Under the pieces are notes generated by a model. That model was given only the letters and a program-made list of their open reading frames with translations, made no database searches and was not told the origin of the DNA. Positions 56,013-64,000 of a stretch of 64,000 bases of DNA are shown piece by piece. Every line of letters starts with the position of its first letter. The stretch's first letter is position 1. The stretch covers positions 178,691,741 through 178,755,740 of the forward strand of contig CM041465.1 of NCBI GenBank assembly GCA_023213395.1, in the 5' to 3' direction. The stretch comes from Cycas panzhihuaensis. Taxonomy: Eukaryota; Plantae; Cycadophyta. Made by a program: the position numbers and the translations under genes.

Positions 56013-59000
56013 TGATCTAAATTTGAATGGAAAAGTGAAAACTTAAACCAATTGAAACAAATCCAGAACAATCTACAATAATATTACATAAAATTGAAGA
56101 TATTATGTATTTTCTTATAAAACCCCTTTTGTTTGTACTCTATTGAGCATGCAAAGGACTACTATAACAATTTGGGAGAGAGAAAATGAGTGCTGGGTGC
56201 TCCTTGAGATGCTAGACGTTCTTTGGAACCTCCGTCTTTAAAGTTTGCATAGAGTTTTTGGTTGCCAATAACCAAAAACCTCTTTTCTTAGTGAAGAAAT
56301 CTTGCTGGCGTCTCTTTCTTAGACTACTGCTACTGCTATCTTCTTCCCTCAACTGCAACTTCAATCTTTTGGGCTCCTTCACGATCCCCACAATGGATTT
56401 TGAGGTGTTGTTCTGCTGCACTTCCATTTCTCTTCTCTCTACACAAAATTTCTGTTGTTGGAGCCATTCTCCCTTTTCAGAAAGCAATTTTAGACAACTC
56501 TCCTCGAATCTTGCTCTACATATTGTGTTTATGGCTGCGACGTCCTCTCTCTCTGCAGAATTTCTGTTGTTTGTGCTAAGATCTTGCGTTTTACTTTGCA
56601 CGGGTTTTCTGTTTTTCTATTTTCCAATGGATTCCAAAACAGTTTAAGAAATCTTGATAAAATTCTTTTAATTTGGAGATTTTTCTCTTTAAACATGTAG
56701 AGGACACGTGTGAGAAGTTCCTCCTCAAATTTCATACAAAACAGACCTAATTTATGCCACCAAAATTGTTGCCGTTTTTTATTATTTTTCCATTTTTCCC
56801 GCCTCGGTGTGATTCTTGCTTTTGGGTAGCACTTGGGTAGTAGTTGACGAAGTTGACGCACCTCGGTAGCAGTTGCAGAAATACATTTTTTTACATCTTT
56901 TAAGCCTTTTTAAGGTATTTTTCTACTAAATAAAAATCATTAAGCCTCTTTAAGATATTTTTCTACTAAATGAAGATCATAAACATGAAAAATAAAGTAT
57001 TTAAAGAGTATTATGAACTTAAAGATTTGAAAACGGATCAGAACTCCCCTTTTTCAGGAGTTCATGGCCTCATGAACTTTATAGTTGTAGATGAGGGAAT
57101 TTGATTTTCCTTATCTCCTTATTGTACTATTTTGCTTTGCTAGGTACTTGTCCTTTTTCCGCAATTCTGAAGGACTCGATTATGCCTCTTTGAGTCTTGG
57201 TCTGCTTCCTTTGAAGAATGCAATCATTTTGCATTGGTTCCTCTTTCTCTATTCACAACTCCTCTGGATTTGGTAAGAGTGGAACTCCATCTTCATCTTC
57301 ATCCAACATGGATGGCTCGAACATCTTCAGATTCTCAACATTCACTACGTAATATATTTTCATGAATTCTGGAAGTTTAAGCTGGAAAGCATTTTCTCCA
57401 ATTTTCTTCAAGATTGTAAAAGGACCATATCATATAGGCTTTAACTTTTTGCCTTCACCTTGTAATCTTTTCTTACTGAGGTACAACCAAACTCTATCTC
57501 CTTCCTTAAAGGAATGGCTAGTTCTATGTGTATTATGTCATTGTTTGTATCTCTGTTGAGATTTTTGAAGTTGCTCTTCAACTTGTTAATGGATTTTTCT
57601 GATTCTTTCCAAGAATCTTTATGCCTTTTCATCTCCTTCTTCCTCCTTTCCATTTCCTACAGAAAATTGAGTAGAGAATTCTAGATCAAAAGGACTTGTA
57701 GGTAGAAATCCCAAACATACCTTAAATGGTGATTTCTGGGTTGAGCTATGGATAGCTCTATTGAATGCAAATTGCAAGTATGGGAGACTTTCATCCCAAG
57801 TCTTAGGATGCTTAGCATTGTATCCTCGTAACTGTTGTACCAATGTCCTGTTGACCACTTCAGTCTGGCCATCTATTTGAGGATGAAAATTTATGCTCAT
57901 CTTTAGCTTCGTATCCATCATTCCCCAAAGTGTTTGCTAAAAATGACTAAAAAATCTACTGTCTCAATCAGAAATGATTGAGTTGGGAAGTCCAAAATAC
58001 TTCCAAACATGCTAGAAAAATAATCTAGCTATGTCTTCTCCTGTATGTGTCTTCCTATAAGGAATCAACATCACCATTTTACTAAACTGATCAACAACTA
58101 TAAACAAATAATCCATACCATTTTTGGTTTGTGGTAGTCCTCCTAGGAAATCCATGGAAATACTTTCCCATAGTCATGATGGAACAGGAAGTGGAATGTA
58201 CAATCCAAACTTCCTATTGGTCAGCTTTGATGTGCTACATAATGTACACCCTCGTACTGCTGTAGTCATATCTTACTGCATATTTGGCCAATACATATAT
58301 CGCTGTAAGTTTAGCAATGTCTTTCCCACTCCAAAGTGTCCTACAACTCGAGAGGTGTGAGCTTCTCTTATCCACTTCATTCGGTCTGCATGCTTTGGAA
58401 TGCAATGCTTGTCTTGCTTGCAAAGAAGTCCATCTTTCAACTGGAAATTAGCAACTACTTTTCCTTGTTGTAGCTACTCAAAGATAGGCTTGAATGGCAT
58501 AGCCTGAAGCATCAGTCTCCAATTCAAATGGCATAGCCTGAAGCATCAGTCTCCAATTCAAATGGCTTTTGCAGCGAGGGTAAAGCTAACACATGTGCCT
58601 CATAAATTTTCTGCTTCAAAAGCATGAAAACTTTTTCTTGTTCATTCTCCCAATGAAACTTTGCATGTCCTCCTGTCAATGCATGAATAGGTGTTATAAT
58701 TTGAGAGAATCTGAAAATAAATTTTCTTAAATATTGACATGCACTAATGAAACTTCTTACTTCTGTGGTTGTCTTGGGTGTGGACTAATTGAGATTGACT
58801 TTAATCTTTGTTGGGTCAATTTTCAATTCTCCTCCTCCAACCACGAAACCTAAGAAGACGAGAGATTGCTTTCCAAACTCGCACTTCTTCAAATTTAGTT
58901 TCAACTGCTACTCTTAGAGAACTTTGAGCACTTGCTTGACATGTTGGAGGTGCTCCTCCCAAGTATGACTAAAAATCAAAATATCATCTAGATAAATAAT

Positions 59001-62000
59001 TACAAAATCATCAATGAAGGGTCTTAATACCTCATTCATCAACCTAATGAAGGTGGTAGGTGCATTGCACAGACCAAACAACATCACCAACCATTTGAAC
59101 AATCCTTGCTTCGATTTGAAGGCTATCTTCCAAGTATCCTCCTCTCAGATTTGAACCTGATGGTAGCCTGATTTCAGGTCCATTTTGCTGAAATATCTTC
59201 TGCGCAATTTGGTCTAACAAGTCATCTATCAGTGGTAAGGGATGTCTATTCTTTATGGTGATCTTGTTCAAAGCCCGGTAGTCAATGCACATTCTCCACC
59301 CTCCATCTTTCTTTGGCACCAAAACAATAGGTGAACCACATAAGGAATAACTCGGCTTAATTACTCCTTGTTCCAAGAGTTCTTGAATCTGTTTCTTAAT
59401 CTCTTCATTCTCCAAAACTGAGTTTCAGTAGAGACTAAGATTTGGCAAAGGTGAATCAACAACTAGCTGGATTTCATGTTCAATTACCCTTTTGGCTCTT
59501 GGAATACGTCATTGTACCTATTCCTTAGGCCTTCAATCTGCTGCACTTGATTCCTATCCAATGCCTATATTAAGGACTCTGCTTGCTCTTTTTCTTCCAC
59601 CTTTGGCTTTATCATCAGTAGCACAAACTTCCTACAAGCATTAATTAATCTTTTCACTTGTTGGGAAGATATTAGAGAAATCTTCTTTTATGGATTTGAT
59701 GCATTGATTAGATATGATCTCCCGTCCTTGATGAGTCGAATCTTTTTCAGCCTCCTATGATGAACTCCATCTCTATCATAGAGACATGGGTTCCCAAACA
59801 CAACTTGACAAACATCCAAAGGGACTACCTCACATTCAACTTCATCAATGAACTTTTCAGATATTGCAAATTTAAACTTACATTGGTGAGTAACCTACAA
59901 CTCTGAATCTTTTTGCAACCATCCAAGAGGACATGGTTTTGGATGTGCATGCATTTTTAATCCCAGTTTCTTTACTAATGCTTTTGAGATTAAATTCTTT
60001 TGGCTTCCTCCATCAAAGATGGCATCAACCATACTTTTCTTTACTTGGACTCTTACCATGAAGAGCTCCTCTCTAATCTCTGGATCAACTTGCTGATGGT
60101 TATTTCTAGGCTCTGCATTAGCCATGAGCATCAACTTCTCATTAGCTTCTTCAATGCCACCAACATTTTCATCACCTACAGAGTTAAGTAAAGTTTTACC
60201 TTCAGTTTTAACTTTACCTTTCCCCTTGTTCTTGGGTTGTTTTTCTGGGTGTAGGAACCAACAATCTTCTATGCTGTGACCCGCTCGCTTGTAATAAGTA
60301 CAAGTGACTTTGATTTGGGTGGTATTGGCTTGTTTCATCTTGCCAAAACCCCTAATGGATTGTTTCCCAACTTTACCTATAAACCTCATTCCTCGGGTAG
60401 GTTTGTTGTTACCTTCTTGAGGTGCAAACCTTTTCCTCTTAGCATAAGCCTTCTTGTTCCTCTTTTCTATGGCAATCACCTTCTTGCTAGCTTCATTGAG
60501 CGATTTAACTTCAAACAGTTGAAGTTCTTGCTGAATATGCTAGTGTAGTCCTCTAATATACTTCAACATGATATCTTCACTCAGTAAAGAGATGCCCAAC
60601 ACAATAGCTTGCTTTTGAAATTATGTTGTATAGTCTTAGATATTTTGGCCTCTTTCCTGTCGGTAATATTGCCATTTAATCCTCTATTGCTCTTCATACC
60701 CAATAGGATAGAATTGTTTCTTTATGAGGATTTTAAATTGTTACTAGGTAATTTCATTTACATTATGGGATTTAAGGTATGCATTCCACCAAACTAATGC
60801 ATGCTTAGACAATTTTAACCTAGCAAAAGTAAATTTCTGCTGGTTTTTATACCCATAAATAGAAAAGTATGTTTCTAGTTGGTCCAACCAACCATCGAAT
60901 TTTTTGGCATCCAAAGTTTTATCATAGATGGGCAATTCAAGTTTTGTCTCTACTTTGAATAGATGTGTTATTACTACCAGATTGTCATCTTCTTCATCTT
61001 CTTGTTGGTCTTCTACCAGCTCTTCATTCGTTCCCTCTTTCATCGGTTCATCTTCTTCCTTCTTTATGCCTTTGGCTGTTGAAGAAGAAGTTGCAAGTTG
61101 ATGAGAGACTAGTTGCACCACAAGTTGGGTTAGTCTGTTGAGGTTTTGCTCCATCTTCATGAACCTTTCCTCCATCTTTTGCTCTGAGTTAACCATCTTC
61201 CTCTGGTGTCTTTGTTCTTTCTTAAGTGGTTCGGTTAAAGGTTTACCCGTTAATAAATATTGATATCTAGTTTTCATAAAAACTTTCACAATGAAAGCAA
61301 GAGGGTATTTTTTTTTTTTTTCTTTAAAAATCCTTAAGTTCCTAAAGATTTCAAGAGAACTAGCTCTGATACCAAAATATTGATCTAAATTTGAATGGAA
61401 AAGTGAAAACTTAAACCAATTGAAATAAATCCAGAACAATCTACAATAATATTATGTAAAATTGAAGATATTATTAATTTTCTTACAAAACTCCTTTTGT
61501 TTGTGTTCTATTGAGCATGCAAAGGGCCCTTTCTGACAATTTGGGAGAGAGAAAGGCGGAGTCTTTGGGCACTCCTTGAGATGCTACACATTCTTTGGAA
61601 CCTCCATCTTTAAAGTTTGCATAGAGTTTTTGGTTGCCGATAACCAAAAACCTCTTTTCTTGGTGAAGAAATCTTGCTAGTGTCTCTTTCTTGGACTGCT
61701 GTTACTGTTATGTTCTTCCTCAGCTGCAATTTCAATCTTTTGGGTTCCTTCATGATCCCCACGTTGGATTTTGGGATGTTGTTCTACTGCACTTCTGTTC
61801 CTCTTCTCTCTACATAGAATTTCTATTGTTGGAGCCATTCTCTCTTTTCAGAAAGCAATTTCAAACAACTCTCCTCAAATCTTGCTCTACGTACTACATC
61901 TATGGCTACGACGTCCTCTCTCTTTGTAGAATTTCTATTGTTCATGCCAAGATCTTACCATTTTAAAACCCTATAATGCATTTTACTTTGCACGGGTTTT

Positions 62001-62445
62001 CTATTTTTTCCGTTTTCCAATGGATTCCAAAACAGTTTAAGAAACCTTAATAAAATTCTTTTAATTCAAAGATTTTTCTCTTTAAACGTGTAGAGGACAT
62101 GTATGAGAAGTTCCTCCTCAAATTTTGTGCAAAATAGACCTAATTTATGCTGCTAAAATCGCTGCCATTTTTTATTATTTTTCTATTTTTCTCGCCTCAG
62201 GTAGTAATTGCTGCACTTGGGTAGTAGTTGGCCTTGATTATACTTTTGGGTAACGGTTAGCCGAACACAGGTGGCAGTTGTAGAAATATATTTTTTTTAC
62301 ATTTTTAAAGCCTTTTACGGCATTTTTCTACTAAATGAAAACCATTAAGCCTCTTTAAGGCATTTTTCTACTAAATGAAGACCATAAACATGAAAAATAA
62401 AGTATTTAAAGAGTATTATGAACTTAAAGATCTGAAAATGGATCA
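56013..62445 (-). mobile_element. Element G: Ty3/Gypsy (CRM-like chromovirus-type) retrotransposon inverted in the 3' UTR of F
   Basis: LTRs 56013-57040 and 61381-62445 (TGATC...GATCA); perfect TSD TAAAC (56008-56012, 62446-62450); perfect PBS (rc TGGTATCAGAGC) 61363-61374; PPT rc at 57041-57054. Confidence 0.95.
57080..61277 (-). pseudogene. Element G gag-pol (degenerate; RNase H largely deleted)
   Basis: ORFs 60744..61439 (gag), 59895..60479 (decayed Zn knuckle + protease FDGGSQKNLI), 59044..59415 and 58914..59102 (RT, YLDD), 57619..57921 (integrase). Confidence 0.93.
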
Positions 62446-63880
62446 TAAACTACTCCCTCTTGTGAATTGTATTACTCTCACTAGGGGCATATCACCATGC
62501 CATGCCTATTATCCTATTAGATCCTTAGCCATTAAAGAGATCTCACCCCATGGGGGCATTCTGTACAACATTATGAGTATAAATTATCACTTGTAAATAT
62601 TATCCAAAAAAAAAACAACTATAAAATCTCTAAAAATTCCAAAAAGATATTTTTTTTATTTAATTGTATTTGAATTACCTAGCTTTCACCTTTTAACTCA
62701 ACTTTAAAATGAACCTAAACTACATTTGTTTTCTTATGGTTTTACACCCATAATATGTGATTCTACCTTGTGCCCATGATGGCACCCTCTACTCTAAGTC
62801 AAGCTCTCTTTCTCACCCTATAGGTATTTCCCATGAGGGAACTGTCTATTATATTAACAACCTTAGTTATTTTTATCTTATTACATGTAAGAGAGTCTTA
62901 AAATTAAGATTTGATTGTAGTTTTAGTTATGACTTTATGATCTAGTCGCAATCTAGTTACAACCTCACCATAGTTCTATAACCTAGTTGTAGTCAAGTTA
63001 TGACCTAGTCATAGTTCCTATGACCTAGTCATAATTAGATTGTAATTCTTATGGCTTGGTTGCACTTGGTTGTGACTTGGTCATAGTTCCTATGACTTGG
63101 TTGCACTTGGTTATACCCTAGGTTGTATTTGGTTATACTTGATTATACCTAATCACACTTAGTTGTATCATAGTTCCTATAACCTAGTCATAATTAGGTT
63201 GCAATTCCTATGGCTTGGTTGCACTTGGGTGTGACCTAGTTATAGTTCCTATGACTTGGTTGCACTTGGTTATACCCTAGGTTGTATTTGGTTGTACTTG
63301 ATTATACCTAGTCACACTTGGTTGTACCTTGAGTTGCACCTAGTTACACTTGGTTATACCTAGTTGCACTCACGTTGGTGTTTAAAATTATAAATTGAGC
63401 TCTGAAATGAGCCTAAATTACCTGTGGGTGTGATATGCATCACTCTCACTAAGGGTATGTTATCATGTTATTCCTATTATTACACTCCATCCTTTATCAT
63501 TGGTGGGATTCTACCCTTACTAAAAGCACACCTTGCTTTAAAATGAGCTTAAACTACCCTCGTTTGTGACTTGTATTATCCTCACTAGGGGCATCTTATC
63601 ATATCATGCCTATTACCCTATCACATCCTTAGCCACCGATAGGATCTCATCCCATGGGTGCTTCCTACTCTATCATGAGTATAAATTATCACTTGTAAAT
63701 ATTATCTTAAAAAAAAAAAAAAGAAATCATAAAATCCCTAAAATTTCTCAAAAGGCATGTTCATTTTCTTATGGTTTTACATCCATAGGGTGTGACACCA
63801 CTTTGTGCCCATGATGCCATTCTTTTCTCCAAGACAAGCCCCTTTTCCCCTATAGGCATTCCCCATGGGGGTATGAGAGT
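62446..63880 (+). repeat. Direct repeats of ~330-400 bp in the 3' UTR of F (62446-62850 vs 63550-63880; partial copy 63400-63520)
   Basis: Shared blocks CTCACTAGGGGCAT, TGAGTATAAATTATCACTTGTAAATATTATC and TTTTCTTATGGTTTTACA. Confidence 0.8.
62940..63370. repeat. Tandem array of ~10-11-bp GGTTGCACTT-like units including two 159-bp higher-order copies (63009-63167, 63168-63326)
   Basis: The two 159-bp blocks align directly; subunits are visible throughout. Confidence 0.88.
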
Positions 63881-64000
63881 CCTTTGTGAGTATAAATTAG
63901 CAATCTATATATTACATTATGTCAAGCCACATGCACATCTATAGGATTATTAATTATGTTTTATATGTTGTGTTTGCCACAATGCCATACATAAGACTAA

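Larger units (their letters stand above)
46164..64000 (+). mobile_element. Element F: Tat/Ogre-like (non-chromovirus) Ty3/Gypsy with long putative 5' LTR (46164-48596) and repeat-rich 3' UTR; runs off the window
   Basis: TGA...TCA candidate LTR, then a decayed Arg-type PBS TGATGACCATACTAGGGA (48598-48615). gag ~50120; protease ...YNLLLG (51713); RT PKWVSNI...IDF..INNACPKDNF.LP.ID (53410); RNase H ~54260; integrase 54700-55960. The LTR start is uncertain. Confidence 0.75.

Noticed and set aside
56212-56861. ORFs of 110-129 aa on both strands
   Set aside because: They lie within the LTR of G and are disrupted in the second LTR copy; no recognisable domain.
62940-63370. Repeat array superficially like CRISPR
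   Set aside because: No unique spacers, no cas genes, eukaryotic TE context.

Overview
This is eukaryotic, AT-rich land-plant nuclear DNA. It holds one intact host gene: a 3-exon RING-IBR-RING (RBR) E3 ubiquitin ligase on the minus strand, join(8963..9283, 8006..8682, 7476..7560), about 360 aa. The gene sits in a CpG-retaining island. Almost all the rest is decayed LTR retrotransposons. At the left, the 3' end of a non-coding LTR element (to 2636) is inserted in a Ty3/Gypsy chromovirus remnant (2637-~5980). From 13925 there is a nested stack that LTRs, PBS, PPT and target-site duplications (TSDs) largely resolve. Chromovirus A (13925-~46147) hosts chromovirus B (14396-26587), Ty1/Copia D (28216-35818) and a non-autonomous Copia derivative E (36225-42159). 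B itself hosts inverted chromovirus C (16843-23338). A Tat/Ogre-like element F (~46164 to the window end) hosts inverted Gypsy G (56013-62445). All retro ORFs are broken by C>T/G>A changes, many in CpA/TpG context. I found no clear new protein-coding system. The best leads are non-coding: a triplicated hairpin motif in the Copia 3' UTR, structured 5' leaders, hairpins enclosing the PPT, higher-order repeats, a doubled PBS, non-colinear LTR modules and a putative gene-conversion tract. All alignments and counts were done by eye and need computational confirmation.
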